This document shows positions 1-10,199 of a stretch of DNA of 64,000 nt, piece by piece. The notes below the pieces were generated by a model. It was not told the DNA's origin, did not search any database, and saw nothing but the letters and a program-made list of their open reading frames with translations. The DNA comes from Rhizodiscina lignyota (taxonomy: Eukaryota), in the NCBI GenBank assembly GCA_010015805.1, contig ML978126.1, positions 1,178,001 through 1,242,000 on the forward strand, given 5' to 3'. Position 1 is the first letter of the stretch; each line of letters opens with the position of its first letter. The position numbers were made by a program, and so were the translations under genes.

Positions 1-294
1 TGCTCTTTTCCTCTTCTTTAGCAACTCATACTCGGAATCCGTGCTGTGATCATTATGCGATTCGGACTCGATAGCAAACCCCTCGTCCTCATCGTCCAGA
101 TTGCAATCAATAGTAAAGCCCTTGTCATCGAGACACATAATGTAACGATCTCAAGCAAATCGAATTCAACCCACTATCCAGGTGCTATAATGTATGTAAC
201 TGGACTCACCACCACAGAGACGCCGGACACTTTTCCCAACTCATAAACCATGCGCTCCCAAAAGTCCGTCAAATCATCGCACATCAGCCTTCAC

Positions 295-3238
295 TCAAGC
301 GTCTACCTCCTCTTCTGCCTCTTCTGCCTCGTCAGCTGCATCTTCCTCGACTCCGTCCTCGTCCACGTCAGCATCACCATTCTCATCTGCCTCACCATTA
401 ACATCCTCCTTATCAAACGCGTTACCGCCTTCCTTCTCCAGCTTCAACCACTCCTCCCATTCAGGGAACAACTCTTCATCAGCCGCCTCGCCGTCCTTCT
501 CTGCGCCCGGCGGGACAGCCAACATCCTGCTAACCCTTCCCTTACCATCCTTGTCGAGACCGTCTTTCCATATCCGCACAATAGATGGACACTTAGTTGG
601 CGTATAAGTCTGTGCGAACAGCACCGCCTCGGCAGTCCTGTTCGTCTTAAGCAGCAAGTCCACGCAAGCTTCCTTCGCGCCAGTTGCCCAGAGCGCGGCG
701 AATGCGACGTTGTTTGCTGCCGCGGTCTCTGCTTTTTCGGCGAGTGCTTTCAGGCCTTCAACGTCGCCAGATGCGGTTCGGAGGAGAAGCAAGCTTCCCA
801 GGTCGTTCGCCTTTTCGAAGCACTCTGCTGCGAGAGAGACATCCCACGCCGCAAGTGCGGTATCTCCGACCGTCTTCCACTTTGGTTCTTGGTCGGCTTC
901 CCTGGCGAGCTCTAGAGCAATGTCCAGTCTGCCGAGACCAAGCGCGAGTTCGAAGCGGTGCTCATCGTCGGTAGCAACTTCCAGTGCCTGTTCCTTGTAT
1001 CCTTGACCTTCCAAGAAGCGGGCAATCTTATTAAGCTGATCTTGAGGAATGTCTGGTAGAAGTTCATTTGCAGAATCCAAGTCTCCACGGAGGACGAGAG
1101 TCTGGTATTCTGCAACACTCAGAGAAAGGGCGTAGGAGAAGACGACGACGTCCTTATCGCAGAGATAGAGACGAGAGTCGCGGGGTAGGTAGCCTAAGAG
1201 ATAACTCGGGCTGTCGAAGTGGGCAATTGTATAGGTTTGGTCGCCGACGAGATAGTCTGTGATCTTTTGTTAGCAATTGTGATTGTACGTGTAGAGTGAC
1301 CACATACTCAGGCGATTGGTGGAATTCGTGTAGACGAAGCAGTCTCCAACCCACTGGCCAGTTCTCACACTCTCGTTGATGTCCGTAATGACCTCGAAAG
1401 CCGATTCAACGCCATCCTCATCTGCCTCTCCGTTCTGCACACCCTCAAGATAGTTCTCTCTTGAATATCGCAATACGTAGAAGGTGTCTTCGCAAGCCAG
1501 TGTGACGAGCTCACCACTCTCCGACCAATAGACATCCTTCGGCTCGACTTCGATTCTCCTGACCAGCTGTCCACTTTCCCAGTCGAACAGACCGATACCG
1601 CCTTGGCCTTTGACGCCCAGCAGTACGCCACCTGCAAGGCCTTCTGCTTGGAATCCTACATTCAACGGACCCTTCTCTTTGAAGTTTCGGAATATCTTGA
1701 CACTTGTCGCGCTTTCGCGAATGGCATAGTCTCTGTCGTTCTCCTTGCTACCCCACGCGAAATCGAGCGCCGAACCGAATGCTTGGTTTCGAAGTGCAAT
1801 AGAGGTATATATGATGAATTCGCCGTCACCGCAAACGGCAACGGAGCGGCCATTGGGAGAGTGGAGGAGAGATTGTGGATACAAGTCGGTGGAGCCGAGC
1901 TCTTTCGCGGGGAGAGTGAGCTTGTCACCATCTTTTAGAGTTTTATCTGTTTAGAATTGTTAGCATAAGATTGCTCGTTGTAGCTCACAGTCGGAAACTT
2001 GCCTGCTCCCTTGATGACTGTGGTCATAATGTCTGTGTGTCTCGCCCAGATGATCTTGCCTGAACCGTCCATAGAAACAGCGGGCTCTTCTCTTCCCATC
2101 TTCACGACTACAGCACCATCATCGAAACCAATGGCAATGCCTTGCTTCCCTCTTTGGTACGCAACGCACCAAGCTCGCTCCAAACCATAGTTCAACGACT
2201 GTTCCAGCCTGAAGGTGTTTGCGTGCCATATCTTCACCGTACCATCCTCAGATCCAGATATAATGACTGGCAACTCAGGATGATAGCAAGCAAAAGACAC
2301 ATTGCTCGTATGCCCCTCCAAGGTCGCAATCAGACCCTTGGTCGTGTAATCCCACACCTTGACCGTCTTATCATCGCTCGTGGTAAGTAAATACGGCTTG
2401 TCGCTCAATGGGTAGTAATCGACGTGGTTCACGCCCTTGAAGTCATGCGCCTCGAGCGTGAAATTCGGCGTTCCACTTCCCAGATTCCAGATCTTTACCG
2501 TTCGATCTAGACATGCCGATGCAAACGTATTGGTATCCTTGGGGTTGATCGCGAGGCCCATAACGTAGTGGCTATGACCCTCAAACACTTGCACACACTT
2601 CCATCCCTTTTCCCAATCCCACAGCTTGATTGTCATGTCATCAGAGGCGGTGAGGACGAAAGGTTGCGAGGGGTGTACGACGATGGCTCGGATATAGTCT
2701 GGGTGGGCTTCGAAGGAGGTGATCTTCTCGGAGGTATTGTAGTTGTGGACACGCAGTTGGAAGTCATCGCTACCGCACACAATCCAGTTCTTGCGAGCGA
2801 TGAAGCGACCAGCTCGCACAGGAACATCGGTGAGCTCGAAGGTCTTGACGATTGCCTTTTTGAACTGGATTAGTATGACAATAGTTGTAAGCGCGCAGGC
2901 GTGTACTGTACCTGAGTCTCATATGACCAGATATACACATGTCCTAACACTGATCAGTCTGCTGATACTGAGGTCTGTGAGTGGAGGCTGGTCCAGAGCA
3001 TACCGCTATACAGGGTTGTCAAAATCTATGAGGGATTAGCTTCTGGCGATTTAATATCAACGTGAAGTTATCATACCCATGGTTCCGTGGGATGGAAGTC
3101 AATGCCCTTGACACGCTCAGAGCGAGCAAAGAGCTGCCTCTATATTACATTCTTATCAGCGCCACCATCCTCATCCATTATTTGCGCAAGATGAAGTTCT
3201 AGCGCCACTGGGATTCGCACCTTAACGTCTAATCGCAT
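295..3238 (-). CDS. SEC27: Coatomer subunit beta' (COPI), multi-exon
   Basis: Spliced start [45 protein letters not shown], with ATG at 3238 and GT..AG introns carrying CTAAC/CTAAT-like branch sites. WD40 repeats ([44 protein letters not shown]) in ORF 1935-2819. Coatomer WD-associated and solenoid regions in ORFs 1270-1884 and 295-1080, ending in an acidic tail. Confidence 0.97.
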
Positions 3239-4387
3239 CTTGGAGGCTGATTGTGGGAGAAGAATTCGGTGTGAGGTATTCGAGAGGTTCGACCACGGTG
3301 GCCGTTGGAAATCGAGTCCCTCAGCACTTGTTCAGGGTGAGAGACTATAAACCGTGATGTAGTCAGACAGGGCGAATGAAATGTAAGGCAATGCAAAAGG
3401 TCTCCAGTGCGCGGAGAAGATGTCGCAAGCTGTGCTGTATTTTGTCGAGCTCATCAGCTCCACGTGTGGATTGAAATGTCCTCAACTGGTTAGCGCCCAC
3501 CGCATCTCGAGCATCAAATTCGAGCCGCAACACCTCCGCAGATGCAGCAGCGACTCAACGGTGTTTACATAAATATCACATTCAATTGCACAATTTGTCT
3601 TAAGCTCAGCTTTCCTTTAAGTTGCCTAAGTAAGAAAGGCCATTTTGCTCTCCATCGCGCCTTGAGCCTTGACGGTTCATTTTGTCGTCCGCCACAACTA
3701 AGGGAGAGTCACTCTAGCCCGTATGCTGCAGCTGTACCAGTGCGCCAGTCCCGCTTCATCACTCACCGTACACAACTGGAGTATAGTCGCCGCTTCTCTC
3801 ACGCGTATGTGATGGAGTCAATTATGAAGCGAAACAGTAGGAGCAAAATTTTTAGAGTCATGCAGAATATAAACAAATTCACATCCCTATGCTCTACGGT
3901 ATATACATATCTTCAGCTTGGGCTTTTGCTCCCACCCTTACTCGACTCCACTTCATTTGGGCACTCCCCAAACTCCTTCATCCCCAGAATCGAAAAGAGG
4001 TCCGCGGACCAGGTATCTAAGAAGCTGAAAAAAGGGAAAATGGGCGGTTCCGACCGTTCCAGATATTTGTTGTTAGGAAAGCGAGGTCAAGGAAATTCTG
4101 AGATCGGTGACGACGTGACTTTCGCGCAACGGAGGCGCATACAAAAAGGAAAAGGCTCTTGTAAAAGAGAGATTGCTGTCGAGATGTCGCGAGCGTGTGT
4201 GCCCACCGCCGCGGCTTGTCATGCTTTGAAATGCCGTTCATTCGCAAGCAATGCCATGAGAAAAGGTAAAAACAAATGCAGAGGCGGCTGATCGAACCAC
4301 AGGTAATTCTTTCGTCCCCACACCAGCTAGCCATTACATCGAACGCACTGTGGATCGGCCAGTCGCCTCGTGCATATGGAGAGTCGT

Positions 4388-7300
4388 TCAATTCCAGCCC
4401 AAGCTGTTTTCTGCCATGACCGGTGCACTGATTTGCTGCGTCCGGATACTCCTGCCTTGAGAGCTACCGCTCCCTCTGCTGTTTCGATCACCGTAGCCGC
4501 GGCCGCCGGACATGAACATGCCTGCACCACCAGTGCCGCTCATGTAACCACGTGTTGACCTAGGACCAGCGGACGGAACGCTGCTTGCACGGTGGTGACG
4601 GTTGGCCTTTCGCTGCTTGTAGCGGCGCGCAACCCAGAACATTGCTGCACCGTACAACGCGGCACCAGCTGCTGCTGAGCAGCCGATGATAACACTTTGG
4701 CTGCGGACTGGTGCTGAAGAACCAGAGTCGCTGTCAAACGGCGCTCCGGCATCAGCTGGTGTGGTTGGGCTTGCACCGCTCTGTGCGCCATCGTCGCCTC
4801 CATTGCCATATGTTGTCATCGAAGAGCCTGCAACAAGTGGGAATGTCGCGACAATCATGCTCATCAGTGTCGAGACTGACTCGTCCTGATTCTGATAAAT
4901 TGCAGAGTTGGGTGAATGCAGGGCAGTCTGAAGATCGTTGACTTGGTCCTGAGGAACGTAGAACAGAGCAAACGTCGTGATGTAATCAAGGGTTTTCGAT
5001 GTATCGAAAGGTTCAATCCCGTGCATCGTGACATTTTGGGGCGGGGAAGAGATACCGTGGGCAATACCCTTAGGAAGGAGATCGAAAATTTGTTGAGCTG
5101 AGTCAATCGTCGTAGCTACGAACTCGAAGTTCAAGCTATAATTGAAACCGACTTGGCATAGTGTTGAGTTCTGTGGAGCAGTAACCATACCACCAGGGGG
5201 CTGGATGAAACGAGGCATGGTGGATGGAATGCCAGTCTGCGTGCTAGTGGAAGACGCCGTTGAGCTTGGACTCGGTTGAAGTGTAAGGGTTGACGGAACG
5301 ACAAGAGCGGTCGAAGTATCAGTACCGGTTGGCTTCACTGAAATTGGTCCAGTGGTAGACGTTGCCGTGGCAAGTACAGGCGTTGTCGATGGTGGAACGA
5401 TGGAAGACTCCGTAGTGATTGTCGGGTGTTCCGTAGTGTGCGAGACCGTCTCCGATCCGGTTGTATGGCCAACACCAGTACCAGTTCCCGTTGGAATGGT
5501 TTCAGTCTCTGTTCCGTTCTGACTGGGCGTAGGGCTCAATGTCTGTTTCCCAGTGCTCGACTCTTCGCTTGTCGTTGCACCAGTACCGTGCGAGTACGAC
5601 GTAGGATGCGCCGATGTCGTAGTGACCGGAGCTCCAGTGGTAGTGGCGGATCCAGTAGAGCTTCCCGATGAAGAACCCGATGTTGAGCTTGCAGTTCCTG
5701 AAGTCGTGTAGCTTGAGCTACCAGTTCCGGTGTAGGTTGTGGACTGGCTGGTCGAAGTGGGAATAGTCTCAGTGCCCGTGTACGACGTACTTGATGATCC
5801 GCTGCCGGTTGTGGTACCTGTCCCACTGGTGCTAGAGCCCGTGGATGTTTCAGTTGCTGAGGCGTCGGTCGAGGTTCCGCTAGTCGAGCCAATTGGGACG
5901 CCGGTGCCATATGGAGAAGGAGACGAAGTGGTCGCTGTGCCCGTGGCCGTGGCCGTGGCAATGGAACTCGACAGAACGGAATCAGCACTGGAGATGATGC
6001 TTGAGAACTGTGATGCCAAAGACTGCGAAACGGAAGAGTCGGTGGCAGTCGCGGCAATACTGGAGAGCTCATTGCTCAGAGAAGATGCCAAGCTTGTCAG
6101 AGCGCTCGACTCTGCGCCACTCAAGACCGAACTGACTCTGGACTGAGCAGATGAGACGATTGGAATAACTGCTGCAGGAGTTGTTGAAGCAGTTTCAGAA
6201 GACGATGAGTAGCCGGGGATCTCAGACGAATCAGTGCTGGTCGGTGTTGGGAGAATAGCACCGATGCCTGTGCCACTTCCACTGCCAGAAATTCCAGAAA
6301 TGGAAACGCTAGTTGGGACAGTCAAAGGCAGAGAAACAGAGTCCGTAAGTTGATCGGCAGAAGACCCAGATGCCGTCTTGGTATCTGAAGGTGAGAAGTA
6401 GGTATGAATGCCAACGAGCACACCAGTCGAGCTGGATTTTGACTCCTTGGCCGGGGAGGATGACGCGGTCGCCGGAGCAGTAGATGGAGAGAGGACGCTC
6501 TCCGGAACGGCACCAGTGCTACCAATACTTAATGCACTTGTCAACGAGGATACCAGATCACCAGAATCAGAGCTGCTGGAAGTTGGCTTAGCCTCGCCAG
6601 TATGAGAAGAGCTACCAGTAACACCAGCACCCAAGGCGCCAGTCAGTGAGGAAACCAAGTCGCCTGATTCAGAGCTGGTGGAAGTTGGTTTGGTCTCGTG
6701 GCTATGAGAGCTGCTGGCCGTAACACCAACGCCCAAAGCGCCGGTCAGAGAGGAAACCAAGTCGCCTGACTCAGAGCTGCTGGAAGTGGGCTTCGCGTCA
6801 TGGCTATGAGAGCTGCTGCTACCGGTAATACCAGCGCCCAACGCACCAGTCAACGACGAGACCACATCACCAGATTCGGTCTTGCTGGAAGTCGGCTTCG
6901 CCTCGCTGCTATGGGAACTGCTGCTAGTAGCACCGACACCCAATGCCCCGGTCAAGGAAGACACCAGGTCACCAGATTTGGTGCTGCTAGAAGTTGGCTT
7001 GGTCTCGCTAGTGTGGGAGCTGCTACTAGTGGCACCGACACCCAATGCACCAGTCAAGGAAGATACCACGTTGCCCGATTCGGTGCTGCTGGAAGTTGAT
7101 GTAGCCTTGTGGCTATGAGAGCTGCTGTCGGAGCCATACGTTTGCTTCTTCGTCTCAGTTTCCTTGGTCTTGGTCTCTGAGCTCGACGTGGTGGGGGTCA
7201 AGACCGTTTGAGGGATTCCGCCAGTGCTCCCAACCAGAGCACCCGTCAAAGAAGACACAAGATTGCCAGACTCGCTGCTAGACGTGCTAGAGCTGCTAGA

Positions 7301-8320
7301 AGTCGGCTTAGCCTCACTGCTGTGAGAGTGAGAGGAAGTCGTCTTGCTCTTAATCACCTTTGGCAGGACGCTAGTTGGCAGGACTTCGTGCGACTTTGAA
7401 GTTGATGATTCTGAAGACGAAGATTTTGAGCTCGTAGAAGAGCCCGTCGGCTTCAAAATCGTATCGGGTAGACTGCCTGTTGAAGCAACTGAAGGTAGAG
7501 ATACCAGTGGCTTGCTTGACGATGTAGAGCTGGACGTCGGGGTGCTCGATGGCGTTCTGTAGGTCGTCGGAAGTTTTGAAGAAGTGATAGAATGTGTGCT
7601 CGAAGAGGTACTCGAAGAAGTACTCAAAGGAAGTATCGAAGATGTGTTGGATACGGTCGAGATGTTCAATGGGGTCAAGGATACGCTAGTAGTCAGAGGA
7701 ACGGACATTGATGTTGAGCTGAGCAGGGAACTGGTAAGACTGTCCACTACGCCCACAACAGCCTCGGAGGACGACTCTTTCTCCGCCGTAGATGAAGTTG
7801 ACTTTGACTCGGTAGCCGGTTTAGGCGTCGGAGTGTTAACTATCTTCGAAGTTGGTGTCGAAGACGAAGTCGAACTTGTGCTTGGCGGTGGTGGAGCCGG
7901 GGTAGAGGGCACTGGCGAAGCTGCTTTTGAGGATGATTTCGATGCCTCCGTCGATGGCGAGTGGTATACCGACGAAGTCGAGGATGTAGACTTTGGTTTA
8001 CTGGACGTCGGTCGTTTCGATACAGTCTCGGTTTTCTTTATCGTCTTCGTCTCTGGCACCGATAGGCCTATGCCGTTGAGGTCATCCAACAAGCTGGAAC
8101 TTGACTTTTCTTCGGAAGTGCTTGTGGATGAATGTGTGGTCGTAGACTCAGTGGTATTGGAGAATGACCGCTTGACGTGCCGTGGGAAGTAGTACCTGGG
8201 CCTGTCTAACCGTCCTTCGGGATCCATTGGAGCTGGAGCCGCATCGGCAGTGGTTAGAGAGGGGCTGTACATCGATAGCAGGGCCATCGATGCCACCCAA
8301 ACTGCTGTATATGTCCTCAT
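4388..8320 (-). CDS. MSB2: Msb2/Hkr1-family signalling mucin, 1310 aa
   Basis: Signal peptide, long Ser/Thr-rich ectodomain, conserved juxtamembrane domain (QVGFNYSLNFEFV...QQIFDLLPKGI...TFALFYVP), single TM helix, and the characteristic C-terminus ISAPVMAENSLGWN. Confidence 0.93.
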   Translation of the reverse strand: MRTYTAVWVASMALLSMYSPSLTTADAAPAPMDPEGRLDRPRYYFPRHVKRSFSNTTESTTTHSSTSTSEEKSSSSLLDDLNGIGLSVPETKTIKKTETVSKRPTSSKPKSTSSTSSVYHSPSTEASKSSSKAASPVPSTPAPPPPSTSSTSSSTPTSKIVNTPTPKPATESKSTSSTAEKESSSEAVVGVVDSLTSSLLSSTSMSVPLTTSVSLTPLNISTVSNTSSILPLSTSSSTSSSTHSITSSKLPTTYRTPSSTPTSSSTSSSKPLVSLPSVASTGSLPDTILKPTGSSTSSKSSSSESSTSKSHEVLPTSVLPKVIKSKTTSSHSHSSEAKPTSSSSSTSSSESGNLVSSLTGALVGSTGGIPQTVLTPTTSSSETKTKETETKKQTYGSDSSSHSHKATSTSSSTESGNVVSSLTGALGVGATSSSSHTSETKPTSSSTKSGDLVSSLTGALGVGATSSSSHSSEAKPTSSKTESGDVVSSLTGALGAGITGSSSSHSHDAKPTSSSSESGDLVSSLTGALGVGVTASSSHSHETKPTSTSSESGDLVSSLTGALGAGVTGSSSHTGEAKPTSSSSDSGDLVSSLTSALSIGSTGAVPESVLSPSTAPATASSSPAKESKSSSTGVLVGIHTYFSPSDTKTASGSSADQLTDSVSLPLTVPTSVSISGISGSGSGTGIGAILPTPTSTDSSEIPGYSSSSETASTTPAAVIPIVSSAQSRVSSVLSGAESSALTSLASSLSNELSSIAATATDSSVSQSLASQFSSIISSADSVLSSSIATATATGTATTSSPSPYGTGVPIGSTSGTSTDASATETSTGSSTSGTGTTTGSGSSSTSYTGTETIPTSTSQSTTYTGTGSSSYTTSGTASSTSGSSSGSSTGSATTTGAPVTTTSAHPTSYSHGTGATTSEESSTGKQTLSPTPSQNGTETETIPTGTGTGVGHTTGSETVSHTTEHPTITTESSIVPPSTTPVLATATSTTGPISVKPTGTDTSTALVVPSTLTLQPSPSSTASSTSTQTGIPSTMPRFIQPPGGMVTAPQNSTLCQVGFNYSLNFEFVATTIDSAQQIFDLLPKGIAHGISSPPQNVTMHGIEPFDTSKTLDYITTFALFYVPQDQVNDLQTALHSPNSAIYQNQDESVSTLMSMIVATFPLVAGSSMTTYGNGGDDGAQSGASPTTPADAGAPFDSDSGSSAPVRSQSVIIGCSAAAGAALYGAAMFWVARRYKQRKANRHHRASSVPSAGPRSTRGYMSGTGGAGMFMSGGRGYGDRNSRGSGSSQGRSIRTQQISAPVMAENSLGWN
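6530..7330 (-). repeat. Imperfect coding tandem repeat inside MSB2 (about 7 copies of a ~30-aa unit)
   Basis: Recurring unit SGD/N-L/V-VSSLTGALGVG..SSSSHS.EAKPTSSS seen in the translation. Confidence 0.9.
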
Positions 8321-10199
8321 TTTGACCGTATCTCAAGACTAGTTTTGGATTGCGGTTTGGTGGGTTTCTTGTACGGTGGATGAGAGAAAAGGTGGATCTA
8401 TAGAACACGTCAGAGATGTTTGTTGCTCGATGATCTGAGATATCATACTGTCACGATTTGGTGATAAACGAATGGACTTGACAAAATGTCAAAGAGACTA
8501 AATGAGCGTGTCTATGTTATCTGTCAGCAAACATATTCAATATCCAACGCGTATGAAAGCAGCAGGCGAAGGGAGCCGGAAGGAGGCGCACGTACTTGTT
8601 CTCAGCACAGCTGGCCTCAGTATCAATCGCAAACTTTCAGACGAAGTGACGAAGATATTGACAGAGAAGTAGCCGCGGTCGACCTAGTCCATCGTCCCCA
8701 AGAACTATTCGAAATTGAAGTGCTTTCGCGAAAATTGAACGATTGGACACCCACGAAGGGCTAGGTGGTGAAGAAACGCGGAAGCTCGAAAAGGTCGCGC
8801 TGGGGTAGATGTTGTCGATGTCGGCCTCCGCTAGTCGCGTCTCTTTGTCCTCCAGTCCCCCAAATCAACCCCTACTCCACGGCGATTCGTCCAAACGCCT
8901 GCCGCAAGAACCAATTGATTCAGTTGCCCACGAGACAAGTCAACAAAGAACGAGCGTAGTCCTCTCCTCTCAAGCGAAAGCCACGGCAATCAATCACTTT
9001 GTGCCGGAAATTCAAATTTGACCGATGTCCTTTGTCGGTGTCAATGGCAATGTTGGCTTGAGGAGATTGCGCGGTGCTCGAAAGGCCAGTGATTGTGGGC
9101 GTAAGCGCGTGGTTTCTTTGACGACTTGTCGAATGCTGCGAGACGAAAGAGCGGCAGGGACGCGGTCCTCTGGTCAAATGAAGCGGAGCGAAACTGATTA
9201 AATGCCGAGGCAAAGGTGGCTGCAGAAAAGAACGGCTATGCGTTTGTCGAAAGGAACGTCGGAGGCGAGCCTCGTGGTAATGAGCGTGAGGTCGAAAGTA
9301 GGGGCTACAAAGCCTTGGGCGAAGGGATCAGCACACCGCGAAGACAGCTGGAGAGTTGCTCGATGGGACGGCGGTCGCTTCGCGCTGCTTGGGGTTGGCA
9401 GCGCAGCTCTCCGGTCGTGAGGTTGTCGAGGAGCGGGTCGGCGGGTGGTGGTGAGTGAGGTTGAAGGTGTGAAGTGGTGGTGAGCGTGGAAGATTCGCCT
9501 GGTGCTCTGGCTGCAGCGCAGCGTGGGAGCATGGACGGGCAGGGATGCGTGAGGGTGAGCCGTTAGCGTTGGCAAGCGGGCGCAGCGCTAGCCGCAAGCC
9601 CGACCACTCGCGCGCCGCCCTCTCAAAATGGAGCACTCGCCCCCCTGGCACACAGCAATTACGGTAAATTAAAGAACAATTGCCCGTGCCCCGTGCGCTA
9701 TCGATTTGAGTGTGAGCGAGCTCTGGAGCGCGAGGGGCACAGCACTGGCGGAGGCACAGACGGCGAGGGCAAGAGCATGGCATTAGCACGCAAGATGAGC
9801 GACGACGCTTGACCTCCGTCTTGACGACATGGAATATTCTTCGGCCAGCTAGCTGCGCAACCGTCCACCACTCTTGCTGCGCGCGGCCGCGCTGGAGAGG
9901 CAAGGCGACGCCAGCGGCCGGTCGTGCAACACCTAGGCGCGCACTTGTTCGACGGTCACTCTGCCAGCTCCACGGCCTCTCAGCACACGATCTCCTCTCC
10001 GGCCAGCAGAGCGTCCCTCTCGGCGCAAGGCGGCGGCCAGCAGCAGTTACAGCCCAAGCATCGGGCAAAGAGTGCAGCGCTGCCGACAAGGTCGTTCCCG
10101 GAAGCTCGCTGTGGCTCTGTTTTTCACGTTTCACGCCGACGCTGGGCTAGCCCTCCTGGGACGCGTGGTGCTGCCAGGCCTCCTCCATGATCGCCGCCC

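Noticed and set aside
3542..4291. 249-aa + strand ORF between SEC27 and MSB2
   Set aside because: No protein-like features, and it overlaps the probable MSB2 3' UTR in antisense.
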